Under the pieces are notes generated by a model, which was given only the letters and a program-made list of their open reading frames with translations, had not been told where the DNA came from and searched no databases. This document shows, piece by piece, positions 1 to 11,030 of a DNA stretch of 64,000 nucleotides. A program made the position numbers and the translations under genes. The stretch's first letter is position 1. Each line of letters starts with the position of its first letter. Origin of the DNA: an uncultured Chloroflexia bacterium (GTDB taxonomy: Bacteria > Chloroflexota > Dehalococcoidia > DSTF01 > JALHUB01); the NCBI GenBank assembly GCA_963703345.1, contig OY969814.1, forward strand, positions 1,216,001-1,280,000. The letters run 5' to 3'.

Positions 1-2458
1 TGAGCCCACGGTAATCGGTCGGGAACCACCAGCGATGATGGTAGCGCGTTCCCTCCGTGAAGAGGGTCGGATCGATCTTGAGATAGGAGTTGTCCTGCCA
101 TTTCGCCAGCACGATGCTGCCCGGCGGCGGCGTATAGTCTTTGTCGATGTTCTGGATCGTCAGGTTCTCGTACTTACGCAGGTACCACGCCCACGGCCAG
201 GAGAAATCGTCGTTGGCGTCAATCACTATCGGCAATTGGACGCCCTCGCCCGAGACGGCCGCGATCTTATCGATGGCGTCCCGCACGACCGGGATGTCCG
301 GCGAAGACTGCACGTAGTCGAGCATCTCGACCGGCGTGTCGCCCCGGTCCGTCGAAGCCAGGGTGTTCGCGTCTTTCAGCAGGTCCGGGTGCCCCCAACT
401 CGAAAGCACGGAGGCGCGTACGGTGAACACGAGCAGCGCTGCGCCCAGCGCCGTCCCGGCGATGCGAAGGGCGGCCTGAGGGCTGAAAGAGCGCCCTGAC
501 CAGACTATCGTTAAGAGCGCCGCGACGACCAACAGCCAGCCGGCCACGGCGGGCCCGCTCTCGGCGCCGGCGAGCACGAACAGACCTACGGCAAGCGCCG
601 TCGAAAGCGTCGCCAGGGCAAGCGGCGCCCAGCGTCGCAGCGGCGGCAGCTCGACCCGCAGCTCCAGCCCCGCGATCAGGCTGCCGATCGACCGCCCGCC
701 AAGCAGCGCCAGCGGCAACGCGATATGCACGTTGAGCCAGGGCATCTTCTCCCCGGCGACGGTGAAGGCGAACAGCGCCGAAAGCGTCCAGTAGAGAAGG
801 AAGCGACTCAGTGCGTCCATCGGCAGCACGAGCATCGCGGCTATGATCGTGACGAAGCCGGCCTCCGTGCGGTAGGGGCCGATGAGCGGCGCCTGCCCGC
901 CGACGGTCGCCAGCGTGACGACGACCGCCAGAGCAGCGAGCGCTATCAGCCGCTGTGAGCGCCTTCCCCGCAGGAAGTAGAAGCCCACGGTCCCCAGCGC
1001 GAAGACCAGCGGCAGAAACTCGTAGACCGGCAACAGCATGAAGTAGTAGTAGCCCGGCTCGTTCCCCAGGTTCACGCCTTGCTGTCCCAGCCAGTAGTCA
1101 AGCGATCCCCAGGTGCCGCTCCAGAAACCGTTGGCATTCGTAAAGAACGACGTGAAGAAGAAGATGAAGATAGCCCAGAATATGGCCGCGGATGCCAGCC
1201 AGACCTGCCGACGCCACAGAATGCCGAAGAAGAAGGCGATGCCCATGAGCGTTAGAACCGTCGCGTGCATGACCGGCACTTCGCTGGCCGCGTTGTAGCT
1301 GCCGCGGTCGCCGACGAAGGGCAGCTTCTCCACGGCGGCGGCGCAGAGCGGCAGCGTCAGGCAGCCGACCAGCATCATCAGGTGGCCGGCGCGGGGGAAG
1401 ACCTCCAGTCGCAGGCGACGGCGCAGCGAGCCGAGGAGCGGCCAGAAAGGGAGCAACAGGGGCGTTGCCGGCAAGAACGCGGCGTGGACGGCGACGCGTC
1501 GCAGTTGGAAAGCGATTCCGGTTGGCGCCGGAGCGGCGGGCCGCCCGACAGCCTCTCGCATCTTCGCCAGGCGCCGGTTGTACGACTGCCGCTTGCCGGC
1601 ATCGGAAAGCACGGCGAATGCCTGCTGGATGCTTCGAGCGTCTTCGCCGCGCTGCCCCTTCGCCAGCCGGCGATAGGCGCGCCGCATGTCTTTGACGGAC
1701 GCGTCATCCGCCAAGCCGAGCAGCTCGTAGTGGCTCGGCTGGCCGCCTTCAGACGCCGCGTCTCCAGGCGCGTCGGGCGTCGCCTCGCCGAGGACCTGCG
1801 CCGCCAGCTCGCGCGCCGCCAGCATGTCGAGGTAGACGAGCAGCAGCGCGACGATGATGTAGGCGACCTCTTTCGTGGCGAAGGTGAGCGCCAGGAGGGC
1901 TGCAATCATATAGAGGTAAAGGCGTCGCGGTTGCTGAAGATAGCGCCAGACGCAGATGAACGTCGCCAGCGTGAAGAAGGCGACGTAGATGTCCTCGCGG
2001 GCAAAGCGACTAAAGTAGAGAAGCGTCGGCGACACTGCGAGCAGCAGCGATGCGACGATGGCCCCCGTCCGACCGAGATGGCCGCGAAGCAAGAACGGCA
2101 GGCCCACCAGCGCCGTGCCGAACAGCGCCGGCAGCACTCGCGCTGTGTAGTCGCTGTCGCCGAAGAGGACGAACACCAGCGCCGTGCCGAGAACCTGGAA
2201 CGGGCCCTGTGTCAGGGGGTTGTGGATGTAGCCGCGGCCGTCGGCGAGCTGCCAGGCGAAGCCGGCATGGATCGCTTCGTCAGCGTGGAACGTGCGGGCG
2301 CCGAGGTCCCAGAAGCGGAGCAACGCGGCAATGGCCAGTATCGCCGCTAAGACGACAAGCTCCCAACGGGTGACGGGGAATCGCCGTCCGAGAAGTGGCT
2401 TGTCGACGCGGCCCTTGACGCGGCCTTGAATTCGGGCGGAGTTCGTGATTCCGGCCAT
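1..2458 (-). CDS. Membrane glycosyltransferase-like protein (GT39/PMT-like, TIGR03663-type); 3' end runs off the window
   Basis: Hand translation of part of the frame from ATG 2458 (GGAGG upstream) gives LLRFWDLGARTFHADEAIHAGFAWQLADGRGYIHNPLTQGPFQ. Absent from the ORF track, presumably because no stop occurs in the window. Confidence 0.75.
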   Translation of the reverse strand, partial: MAGITNSARIQGRVKGRVDKPLLGRRFPVTRWELVVLAAILAIAALLRFWDLGARTFHADEAIHAGFAWQLADGRGYIHNPLTQGPFQVLGTALVFVLFGDSDYTARVLPALFGTALVGLPFLLRGHLGRTGAIVASLLLAVSPTLLYFSRFAREDIYVAFFTLATFICVWRYLQQPRRLYLYMIAALLALTFATKEVAYIIVALLLVYLDMLAARELAAQVLGEATPDAPGDAASEGGQPSHYELLGLADDASVKDMRRAYRRLAKGQRGEDARSIQQAFAVLSDAGKRQSYNRRLAKMREAVGRPAAPAPTGIAFQLRRVAVHAAFLPATPLLLPFWPLLGSLRRRLRLEVFPRAGHLMMLVGCLTLPLCAAAVEKLPFVGDRGSYNAASEVPVMHATVLTLMGIAFFFGILWRRQVWLASAAIFWAIFIFFFTSFFTNANGFWSGTWGSLDYWLGQQGVNLGNEPGYYYFMLLPVYEFLPLVFALGTVGFYFLRGRRSQRLIALAALAVVVTLATVGGQAPLIGPYRTEAGFVTIIAAMLVLPMDALSRFLLYWTLSALFAFTVAGEKMPWLNVHIALPLALLGGRSIGSLIAGLELRVELPPLRRWAPLALATLSTALAVGLFVLAGAESGPAVAGWLLVVAALLTIVWSGRSFSPQAALRIAGTALGAALLVFTVRASVLSSWGHPDLLKDANTLASTDRGDTPVEMLDYVQSSPDIPVVRDAIDKIAAVSGEGVQLPIVIDANDDFSWPWAWYLRKYENLTIQNIDKDYTPPPGSIVLAKWQDNSYLKIDPTLFTEGTRYHHRWWFPTDYRGL

Positions 2459-2855
2459 CCCTGCCTCCTGCGCCCGGGTCCGAATAAGGGGTCTAGAGCG
2501 CAACACTCCTCTTGCAGTCCTCCGATTATCGGTGCCACGCACTACGTCGTGGCGTAGGGAGGACGCCTATTCCCGGAGAGGGAGGCACGAATTCGTCGCC
2601 GAAATCGCCTTAGACGGCGAAATACCTTTACTCAAGGGGCGGGCGGATGATACCCTGCCACCTGATGTCCGTTTCCGTAATTCGTCGGCGGGATTTCTTG
2701 TGCTAAGAGAAAGCAGGTAGTACACTTCAAACCACGTCGGAGCAGATACGCCGTCGGCCCTTCTTGCGGCCTGCCGGCGTTCTGTGGCGGCCGGTACGCG
2801 TAACGCAAGAAGCGTATTTCGCCGAACACACCTGGCGTTCTCAGAGGTTGGCTGC

Positions 2856-3740
2856 ATGGACCAGTTTATACAGCAGTTTGCGACCGGGCTCTCGACCGGC
2901 AGCCTCTACGCCATCATCGCCCTGTCCCTCGTCCTGATCTACCGTTCAACAGGCATCGTCAACTTCGCCCAGGGCGAGATGGCGATGTTCATGACCTTTG
3001 TGGCGTGGTCGGTCTGGAACGTGAATGGCCATTTCTGGGTGGCCTTCTTCATTACGCTCGTGATCGCCGCTGCGTTCGGCGCCCTGCTGGAGATGATAGT
3101 CTTGCGGCCGGTCGAGACGGGGCCCATTCTCAATCCGGTCATCGTCACCCTGGGGCTTTTCACTGTTATCGAGAGCGTGGCGCTGCGCATCTGGCAGGGT
3201 GAGCCCAAGTTCTTCCCCTCGCCCAGCGCTTTCAAGGGCGCTCCCCTGAAGCTGGGTCCCGCCGCCATCAGTCGCACCAACATCGGCGTCTTCTGCATGG
3301 CGATCGTCATAATGCTCCTCATCTACTTCTTCTTCAATTACACGAAGCTTGGCCTTGCAATGCGGGCGACGGCGCAGAACCGCGTAGCCGGCTCGCTCGT
3401 CGGTATACGCGTGGGACGGATGCTCGCCCTGGGCTGGGCGCTTTCGTCAATGGTCGGCGCGGTGGCGGGCATGCTGCTGGCGCCGACGCTATTCCTTTCG
3501 CCCAGCATGATGGTCGGCGTGCTCCTCTTCGCCTTTGCTGCGGCTGTGCTTGGTGGACTCGATAGCCCGGTAGGGGCCATCGTGGGTGGGCTGTCAATCG
3601 GCGTGATTCAGAACATGGCGGGCACCTATATCCCCAACGGTTCCAACATCGACATCACAGTTGCCTTCGTTGTAATCATTGCCGTTCTGCTGGTTCGTCC
3701 TCACGGCATATTCGGTAGAAAGGTTGTTCAGAGGGTCTAA
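2856..3740 (+). CDS. livH: Branched-chain amino acid-type ABC transporter permease (LivH-like)
   Basis: GSLYAIIALSLVLIYRSTGIVNFAQGE, GLAMRATAQN and AAVLGGLDSPVGAIVGG motifs; start moved to MDQFIQQ after GAGG. Confidence 0.9.
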   Translation: MDQFIQQFATGLSTGSLYAIIALSLVLIYRSTGIVNFAQGEMAMFMTFVAWSVWNVNGHFWVAFFITLVIAAAFGALLEMIVLRPVETGPILNPVIVTLGLFTVIESVALRIWQGEPKFFPSPSAFKGAPLKLGPAAISRTNIGVFCMAIVIMLLIYFFFNYTKLGLAMRATAQNRVAGSLVGIRVGRMLALGWALSSMVGAVAGMLLAPTLFLSPSMMVGVLLFAFAAAVLGGLDSPVGAIVGGLSIGVIQNMAGTYIPNGSNIDITVAFVVIIAVLLVRPHGIFGRKVVQRV

Positions 3741-4840
3741 TGGTTCGTGCAATCTTCCGTCCCCGAATAATCTTCATCGCCCTGACCCTGGCCATACTGG
3801 TCTTATTTCCTTATCTCTACCGGCTTCCCTTCTTCAGTCACTTCCTCTCCAGCTTCCGGAACTTTCAAGCGACGCGCTTTGCCATCTGGCTTGTCATTCT
3901 CATGGGGTTGAACCTGCTGACCGGCTACAGCGGTCAGATATCCCTCGGCCACGCCGCGTTGGTGGCGGTCGGGGCTTACATTGCTGCGATCTTGATGAAG
4001 GACTCCGGCGCCCCGATCTTCCTCGCCGTGCTGGGGGCCGCCCTGTTGACCGGACTGTTGGGCTTCCTCATCGGCATACCGGCCCTGAGGCTTTCCGGAC
4101 CGTACCTGGCCATCGCGACGCTTGCCCTGATCATCGTCCTGCCGCAGATCCTGAAGCATCCCTCAATCGACCAGTGGACCGGGGGCGTGAGCGGCATCCG
4201 GCTGAGCAGTCCGCGCGTCCCCGTTTCCCTCGCCAACAACCTGGACATGAACGTCGACCAGTGGCTCTACTACAACTGCATGGCTGCTGCGCTCATAATG
4301 ACGGCGATGGCCTGGAGCCTGACGCGCAGCCGCTTTGGGCGCGGCTTCGTCGCCCTGCGCGACTCAGAGATTGGCGCTCAGCAGATGGGAATCAACGTTT
4401 CCCTGTACAAGATGACCGCCTTTGGAATCTCTTCGATGTACGCTGGCGCGGGCGGCGCGCTCTACTTCTACCAGGCCGCCTATCTTGGCCCTACCTCATT
4501 CGATATTCTTTTCTCGCTAACCCTACTCGTCATGATCGTCCTCGGAGGCCTCGCCTCCATTACCGGCACCATATTCGCTGCCCTAATAATGACCTTCCGC
4601 GTCGACATCACCAATTTCGTCGCCAACCACATACCGTTCGGCGACCAGATTGGCATTGAGAGCAGCCGCGGTGCCATCTTCGGCATCCTCCTCATCCTAT
4701 CGATCATCTTCACGCCGCGAGGCATCGCCGGGAACATCGAGCACATGAAAGAGGCGAACATAGGCGGCAAGTTGGCGGGCCTCTTTCGTCGATCAGATCG
4801 GCCCCCCCGGCAGAAAGAAGCAGAAACATCAAGCGATTGA
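3740..4840 (+). CDS. livM: Branched-chain amino acid-type ABC transporter permease (LivM-like)
   Basis: GLNLLTGYSGQISLGHAA, LRLSGPYLAIATL and SRFGRGFVALRDSEIGA motifs; overlaps the livH stop (TAATG). Confidence 0.9.
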   Translation: MVRAIFRPRIIFIALTLAILVLFPYLYRLPFFSHFLSSFRNFQATRFAIWLVILMGLNLLTGYSGQISLGHAALVAVGAYIAAILMKDSGAPIFLAVLGAALLTGLLGFLIGIPALRLSGPYLAIATLALIIVLPQILKHPSIDQWTGGVSGIRLSSPRVPVSLANNLDMNVDQWLYYNCMAAALIMTAMAWSLTRSRFGRGFVALRDSEIGAQQMGINVSLYKMTAFGISSMYAGAGGALYFYQAAYLGPTSFDILFSLTLLVMIVLGGLASITGTIFAALIMTFRVDITNFVANHIPFGDQIGIESSRGAIFGILLILSIIFTPRGIAGNIEHMKEANIGGKLAGLFRRSDRPPRQKEAETSSD

Positions 4841-5012
4841 AGCGGGGGGCTTCACCAGGGGCGCAGTAGGCGCCGAGCTCGGGCAGACCACGGGCCATCC
4901 GTGTTTCGGCTGGCGTGCTTCAGAGGCAATCCCTAGAGAGCGCTGAAGCTCGCCGAATCAGTAGGGCAGGGCGGGAGGCTGCCGCCGTTGCTCCAGATCA
5001 AGTTAGACGGAG

Positions 5013-6398
5013 GTGAAAGGAATGTTCAAGTCTAGTCGTTTGGTCCTCCTTGTGATTGCGGCATTTATGGTCTTTGGGCTGTCGTTTGTTGCCTGTGGGG
5101 GGAGCAGCAACAACACGGCCAGCACCGGTGGCGGGACTCCAAGCTCCCAGGCATGGCCTACCCCGGTTGCCGGGCCGGGCGTCGGAGAAACCATCGGCGT
5201 CACTGACACGTCGGTAAAGCTCGGCACCCTTCTGCCCATCAGCAACACGACCGCTGCTGCCTGGGGTGTGCCGGAAGAGGCCGGCATGAAGGCCTGGTTC
5301 CAGTACGTTAACGACAACGGCGGTATCTACGGCCGGAAGATCGACCTGGATATCGGCGACAGCCAGTACACAGGGCCGGCTGGAAGCGAGGCGGGAAGGA
5401 AGCTAGTGGAGCAAGACGGCATATTCTCCATGTTTGGCACGATTGGCATCGAAGTTGAGCTGGCCATCATGCCCTATCTGCAGGAGAAAGGCATCCCGGA
5501 CATGTTCATCCAGGCGTCCGAGAGCGAGACTGTTAGCCCTATCTCCTATCAGCGCTACCGCTGGCTCCCTGACTACACCAAAGAGGGCGCTATCCTCGGT
5601 AAGTACATCGGTGAGAACTACAAGGACCAGAAGGTCGGCATCCTCGCCCAGAACGACTCGTTCGGCAAGGCCGGTGAGGCGGGCGTGAAGCAGGGTCTAA
5701 ACGACGCTGGCTCCAAATCTGCGACTACGACTCAGTACTACGACGCCACGGTCAGCGACGTGACTGCCCAGATGCAGCGGCTGAAGGCTGATGGTGCGCA
5801 GGTCATCGCGCTCTACGCCCAGCCCGGGCAGGCGGCCGGAGCGATAACCCAGGCCCGGACGACGCTCAGCTGGGACGTCCCCTTCTTCATGACGGGCGTC
5901 AACGCAGCCCAGATCATGGGCGCGCTCGCCGGCTACGCCAACATCCAGGGTGCGATCACAGTCTCCTTCGGCCCGCAGTCCGACCAGACAGAGTTTGCGG
6001 GGGTCAAGCAGTACCAAGACAACATGAAGAAGTACCAACCCGACGCGCAGATCAACAGCATTGGCTTCTCCGCCTACACACTCGCGCAGGTGATGACGGC
6101 GGTCCTGATCCAGACAGGGCCGGACCTCACCCGGACCAACTTCTTGAAGGCTGCTGAGTCGATCTGCAAGTGGGATAACGGAGTAGTATGGACGCCCAAG
6201 AGCCTGTCGCCAACGGACCACGACTGGCAGGAGTCGGAGATGTTCGTGAAGGCGACCGGAACTTCGGCTGACAACTTCAAGTGGGTGCCTTTCGGCGACG
6301 TCGTTGACTTCGAGACGACCAAAGACTGCAAGGCGCCAACCCCGCCGGCCGAAGCGACTAAGCAACCGGGGTACGCGCCGCAGGGCGTAACCAAGTAG
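5013..6398 (+). CDS. ABC substrate-binding lipoprotein, LivK/periplasmic binding protein type 1 family (paralogue 1)
   Basis: Lipobox FVAC; GVTDTSVKLGTL, VNDNGGIYGRKI and KLVEQDG motifs. Confidence 0.9.
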   Translation: MKGMFKSSRLVLLVIAAFMVFGLSFVACGGSSNNTASTGGGTPSSQAWPTPVAGPGVGETIGVTDTSVKLGTLLPISNTTAAAWGVPEEAGMKAWFQYVNDNGGIYGRKIDLDIGDSQYTGPAGSEAGRKLVEQDGIFSMFGTIGIEVELAIMPYLQEKGIPDMFIQASESETVSPISYQRYRWLPDYTKEGAILGKYIGENYKDQKVGILAQNDSFGKAGEAGVKQGLNDAGSKSATTTQYYDATVSDVTAQMQRLKADGAQVIALYAQPGQAAGAITQARTTLSWDVPFFMTGVNAAQIMGALAGYANIQGAITVSFGPQSDQTEFAGVKQYQDNMKKYQPDAQINSIGFSAYTLAQVMTAVLIQTGPDLTRTNFLKAAESICKWDNGVVWTPKSLSPTDHDWQESEMFVKATGTSADNFKWVPFGDVVDFETTKDCKAPTPPAEATKQPGYAPQGVTK

Positions 6399-6626
6399 AC
6401 CATAACCAAGTAGAACAATCGAATATAGGACCTGAGACAGGATACGGAGTCGCCGCTCGCTTGGCTAGCATGAGCGCTGCAGCGGTCACTCCGCCGGGCA
6501 CAAGTACGGCAGGAGATTGAACAATGCTGAGACAGCGGCGGCAACTGCCGCCGCTGTCTCTCTTTCCCTCGCCGCCCGAACATGTAGAGCGTGGAAGGGG
6601 CTGGATCAAGAACGGAGGTGAGAGGC

Positions 6627-7970
6627 ATGCTTGCGGCAAAGCGGTTCTCCCTGGTCTTACTTGGATCGCTGCTGCTAGTCGTCCTCGTCGTGGCAGGCTG
6701 CAAAGGGAGCAGCGAGAAGGCGGGCGGCGGCGGCGGGAACACGGCGATAGCTCCCGGCCCGGGCGTCGGCGAAACGGTCGGCGTTACCGACACCTCCGTC
6801 AAGATCGGTACCCTCCAGCCGACAAGCAACACGACCGCCGCGGCCTGGGGCATCCCGATCTCCAAGGGAATGAAGGCCTTCTTCGACTACATCAACGACC
6901 AGGGCGGGATCTATGGTCGGAAGGTGGAGCTCGACATCGGTGACAGCCAGTACACCGGCCCCGTGGCGAGTGAGGCGATCCGAAAGCTCGTCGAGCAAGA
7001 CGGGATATTCGCCCTCCAGGGCATTCTGGGGACAGAAGCCCACCTCGCGGTCTACAAGTATCTCGAGGAGAAGGGCATTCCCGACATGGCCATCCTCACC
7101 GGCGACTCGCTATGGACCGATCCCGTCGCTCACAACCGCTTTGGCTATCTTGTGGACTACACCGATGAAGGCCGGATACTCGGCCGCTACATCGGACAGA
7201 ACTACAACGGCCAGAAGCTTGGCATCCTCGCCCAGAACGATGGATTCGGCAAGGAGGGCGAGAATGGCCTCAAGCTCGGCATACAGGACGCCGGCGCCAC
7301 CATGGAGATGACGACGCAGTACTACGACGCTACGGCAACCGACGTCACCGCCCAGATGCAGCGATTGAAGGCCGACGGGGCGCAGGTCATCGGTTTCTAC
7401 GGCATGCCGGCTCAGGCCGCCAGCGGACTGAAAGCCGCCCACGAGACCCTCAACTGGAAAGTCCCCGTCGTGATCACCGGCGTCAACGCGGTCGAAATCG
7501 TCGGCCTGCTCGCCGGCTACGACAATATCGAGGGCGTGGTCAGCGTCGTCTACGGTCACCAGGCCTTCGAGCATGATTGGCCGGGCATCAAGGAGTACAC
7601 GGACATCCTCGCCAAGTATGCGCCCGACGTGCCGATGGACAATCTGACCCTGACGGGCATGGCCGTCGCCGATTCTACCGTTTCCACTCTGCGGCAGACC
7701 GGCCGGGACCTCACGCGAAGCCGCTTCCTGGACGCCGCCGAATCGACCTGCAACTTCGTGGCCCGCGCCTCTATCGCGCCGTCGAGCACGAGCCCGACCG
7801 ACCACCGGCCGGTGGAGGTCGAGGAATACGTGAGGGCCACGGTCGACAGGACGGATCCCTCTAAACCCAAGTTCACCTGGCAACCGTTCGGCGACATAAT
7901 CACCTTCGAATCGACGAAGAGCTGCACGACGCCAACGCCGCCGCCGGACTTCGACCAGCAGCCGCATTGA
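6627..7970 (+). CDS. ABC substrate-binding lipoprotein (paralogue 2)
   Basis: Lipobox VAGC; INDQGGIYGRKV; start taken at MLAAKR after GGAGG. Confidence 0.9.
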   Translation: MLAAKRFSLVLLGSLLLVVLVVAGCKGSSEKAGGGGGNTAIAPGPGVGETVGVTDTSVKIGTLQPTSNTTAAAWGIPISKGMKAFFDYINDQGGIYGRKVELDIGDSQYTGPVASEAIRKLVEQDGIFALQGILGTEAHLAVYKYLEEKGIPDMAILTGDSLWTDPVAHNRFGYLVDYTDEGRILGRYIGQNYNGQKLGILAQNDGFGKEGENGLKLGIQDAGATMEMTTQYYDATATDVTAQMQRLKADGAQVIGFYGMPAQAASGLKAAHETLNWKVPVVITGVNAVEIVGLLAGYDNIEGVVSVVYGHQAFEHDWPGIKEYTDILAKYAPDVPMDNLTLTGMAVADSTVSTLRQTGRDLTRSRFLDAAESTCNFVARASIAPSSTSPTDHRPVEVEEYVRATVDRTDPSKPKFTWQPFGDIITFESTKSCTTPTPPPDFDQQPH

Positions 7971-7980
7971 CGCGAGCCAC

Positions 7981-9345
7981 GTGATGGCTATGGCGGGGGG
8001 AACGCGAGGGCGAAGGCACATTCTGGCCGCGGCGCTTTTTGCGCTCCTCCTTCCTTTCGCTGCCTGCCAGAAAACGCCGGAGAGCGCTAGTCCCGACGAC
8101 TCCAATCAGGACACAGACGTCATTGGTAGCGAGATAAAGGTAGGCACGCTCCTGCCCCTGAGCGGCAACCCCGCCGCTGCCTGGGGAGTCGAGATAAGCG
8201 AAGGCATGCAGGCTTATTTCGACTACATCAACGACCACGGCGGGATCTACGGGCGCAAGCTCAAGCTCATCGTCGGTGACGACCAGTACTCCGGCCCCAT
8301 CGCCGCTGAAGTCGTGCGCAAGCTCGTGGAGCAAGACGGCGTCTTCGCCATCCAGGGAAGCCTGGGGACGGAAGCCCACAGCGCCGTCTACAAGTACCTC
8401 GAAGAGCACGGCGTCCCCGACATGTACATCCTCAGCGGCAACAGCAAATGGACCGTGCCCGTGGCCAGGAACCGCTTCTGCGGCCTGGTCGACTACATCA
8501 CGGAGGGGCGCATCTTCGCCCGCTATATCTACCAGAACTTCAACGGCGGCAAGCTGGGCATCATCGCCCAGAACGACGAGTACGGCGCCGAGGGCGAGGA
8601 GGGCATCAGGGAAGGACTCCAGGAGTTGGGCGCCAACGTGGACATCGAGGTCGAGTACTACGACGAATCGCAGACCGACGTCACATCCCAGGTTCAGCGC
8701 CTCAAGGGGGCCGGCGTCGACATCATGGCGTTTTGGGGGGGACCCGTGCAGGCGGCCGCCATGATCAGGACCGCCCGCCAGATCCTGAGTTGGAACGTTC
8801 CGATGATGATCAACAGCACAAACGCCCTCGAAATCGTTGCCCAGCTCGCAGGCTACGACAACATCGAGGGAACGGTGAGCGGGATGATCGGCCACCAGGC
8901 GTGGGAGACGAATATCCCCGCCATAGCGGAGAAGAAAGCTATTATGGGGCAGTATGCGCCCGGCGTTCCTTTCGACAACACCTCGCTGGTCGGCTACACA
9001 GTCTCTGAAGCGTTGGTGGGTCTCGTGAAGCAGGCCGGGCCCAATCTGACCCGCGATGCGTTCCTCCAGGCCGCCGAATCCGTCTGCAAGTACTACGATG
9101 GCACGACACTCGTGCCGGCCAGCACCAGTCCTACAGACCATCGCTTCCTTGAAGGCGAGGTCATGGTGCGCGCCACAACCGATAAGTCCAGCGGCGTCCC
9201 TGCCTTCCGCTGGGTGCCCTTCGGCGACGTTATCGCCTTCGAATCGACAAAGGACTGCGTGGTGCCCACGCCGCCGCCCGGCTCGGAGGACCAGCCCGGG
9301 CCACCGCTCCAGGGCCAGCAGAAAACGCCGACTGCCGCTCCCTGA
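7981..9345 (+). CDS. ABC substrate-binding lipoprotein (paralogue 3)
   Basis: Lipobox FAAC; INDHGGIYGRKL. Confidence 0.9.
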   Translation: MMAMAGGTRGRRHILAAALFALLLPFAACQKTPESASPDDSNQDTDVIGSEIKVGTLLPLSGNPAAAWGVEISEGMQAYFDYINDHGGIYGRKLKLIVGDDQYSGPIAAEVVRKLVEQDGVFAIQGSLGTEAHSAVYKYLEEHGVPDMYILSGNSKWTVPVARNRFCGLVDYITEGRIFARYIYQNFNGGKLGIIAQNDEYGAEGEEGIREGLQELGANVDIEVEYYDESQTDVTSQVQRLKGAGVDIMAFWGGPVQAAAMIRTARQILSWNVPMMINSTNALEIVAQLAGYDNIEGTVSGMIGHQAWETNIPAIAEKKAIMGQYAPGVPFDNTSLVGYTVSEALVGLVKQAGPNLTRDAFLQAAESVCKYYDGTTLVPASTSPTDHRFLEGEVMVRATTDKSSGVPAFRWVPFGDVIAFESTKDCVVPTPPPGSEDQPGPPLQGQQKTPTAAP

Positions 9346-9501
9346 GCCGCGCCGATCCGTGGAAACGCTGTGTGCTGCCTGCAACCCTAGAAGATCGGCG
9401 CCCAAAGCGTGCACGTAAGCCGGATGTGCTGTAGCATTGCGACACGTTCATTTCGTGATGCCGTTTGCCCCGGCATCCGCAGCTAGTGATAGGGGGAGAA
9501 G

Positions 9502-10833
9502 ATGTCGTCGATCATCAAGAAATCGTGCTGGGTTGGGCTTAGCGCAGCCGTGATCGCGGTTGTGCTGTTGATTACCGCCTGCGGAGGGGGCAGCACCTCA
9601 CAGAATACCGAGGGCACCCCGGATACCACCGGCGTGTCCGCCACGGAGATCAAGCTGGGGACTCATTATCCGCTGAGCGGGAATCCGGCAGCCGCCTACG
9701 CGCCCATCGCCTACGGCATGAAGGCGTTCTTCGATTACATCAATGCGCAGGGTGGAGTCTATGGTCGAAAGATAAACTTCATCATCGGCGATGATCACTA
9801 CAACCCGCCGGACACGGTGGAAGTCGTCCACCAGTTGGTCGAGCAGGACGGCGTCTTCGGCATGATCAGCGGGTTGGGCGAAGAGACGCACCTGGCGGTC
9901 TACAAGTACCTCGAAGACAAGGGCATCCCTGATATGTACCTGTCCACCGGCCTCGCGCTATGGACGGACCCGGTTGCCAAGAACCGCTTCGGCGGGAACC
10001 CTGACTACGTGACAGAAGGCACCTACCTCGGCCAATGGATCGCTAAGACGTATCCGAACGCCAAGCTGGGCATTCTGGAGCAAAGCGACCAGCTCGGAGT
10101 GGACGGAGAGACGGGACTGCGCAAGGGTATCGAAGGGACCGGCGTTCAGATAACAGCCATCGAGAAGTACGACGTCGTTCAGTCTGATGTCTCCGCGCAG
10201 ACCCAGCGGTTGAAGAACGATGGCGTTGACGTAGTCGCCGTCTTCGCGATCCCGCCCCAGGCCGCCAGCCTGACCAAGGTCGCGCGGGAGACTCTGAACT
10301 GGCAGGTCCCGATAGTCGTTAGCGGCATCAACTGTAGCGACATCTTCGTCCTGCTCGCCACTGCCAAGGATGCCGAGGGCGTCGTGAGCTTCACGTTCGG
10401 CCGGCAGGCGTCCGAGCCCCAAGACCCGGGCGTCCAGAAGTACGAGCAGATCTGGAACAAGTTCGAGAACGGCGCCAGCGGCGCGATGACCAGTTTCGAA
10501 CTCTACGGCATGTCCATCGCCGAGGCCACCACATGGGACCTGGAGATGGCTGGCAAAGACCTCTCGCGCCAGTCCTTCCTCGACGCCGCGGAGTCGATGT
10601 GCAAGGTCGAATGCACAACCTGTAACGGCTTTGGGACCTGGAATACCAGCCCCACGGACCACAAGATCAACGAGACGTTCATCATCAACGTGGTGAAGAA
10701 CGGCCAATGGACACCTATGGGTGAGACTACCAGCTTTGAATCGACGCCAAACTGTACGCCGAAAACGCCGCCGGCCGGCTTCGATCAGCAGCCCAAACTG
10801 GGATTCGACGCGTCCTACGTCGAAACTCCCTAA
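9502..10833 (+). CDS. ABC substrate-binding lipoprotein (paralogue 4)
   Basis: Lipobox ITAC; INAQGGVYGRKI. Confidence 0.9.
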   Translation: MSSIIKKSCWVGLSAAVIAVVLLITACGGGSTSQNTEGTPDTTGVSATEIKLGTHYPLSGNPAAAYAPIAYGMKAFFDYINAQGGVYGRKINFIIGDDHYNPPDTVEVVHQLVEQDGVFGMISGLGEETHLAVYKYLEDKGIPDMYLSTGLALWTDPVAKNRFGGNPDYVTEGTYLGQWIAKTYPNAKLGILEQSDQLGVDGETGLRKGIEGTGVQITAIEKYDVVQSDVSAQTQRLKNDGVDVVAVFAIPPQAASLTKVARETLNWQVPIVVSGINCSDIFVLLATAKDAEGVVSFTFGRQASEPQDPGVQKYEQIWNKFENGASGAMTSFELYGMSIAEATTWDLEMAGKDLSRQSFLDAAESMCKVECTTCNGFGTWNTSPTDHKINETFIINVVKNGQWTPMGETTSFESTPNCTPKTPPAGFDQQPKLGFDASYVETP

Positions 10834-11030
10834 ACCCGAAGTATTATGATAGCGAAGAGTGGCGGGCAGCGATGCCCGCCCTCTTGTCGTTCGACCCTCG
10901 GACGATGCGGTCACGGCGTCGAAGTTGTTCGTCATGCGTTTGCGGCGTACTATTTGGTCAGGCCGCATCAGGTGGGTTCGTGAGGTGGTCCTCCACACGG
11001 TCGGAGTCCCACTGGTATGGAGGTTGAAGA

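Noticed and set aside
35-2373. Plus-strand ORFs in the first 2.4 kb
   Set aside because: Antisense to the minus-strand glycosyltransferase-like gene; typical high-GC shadow ORFs.
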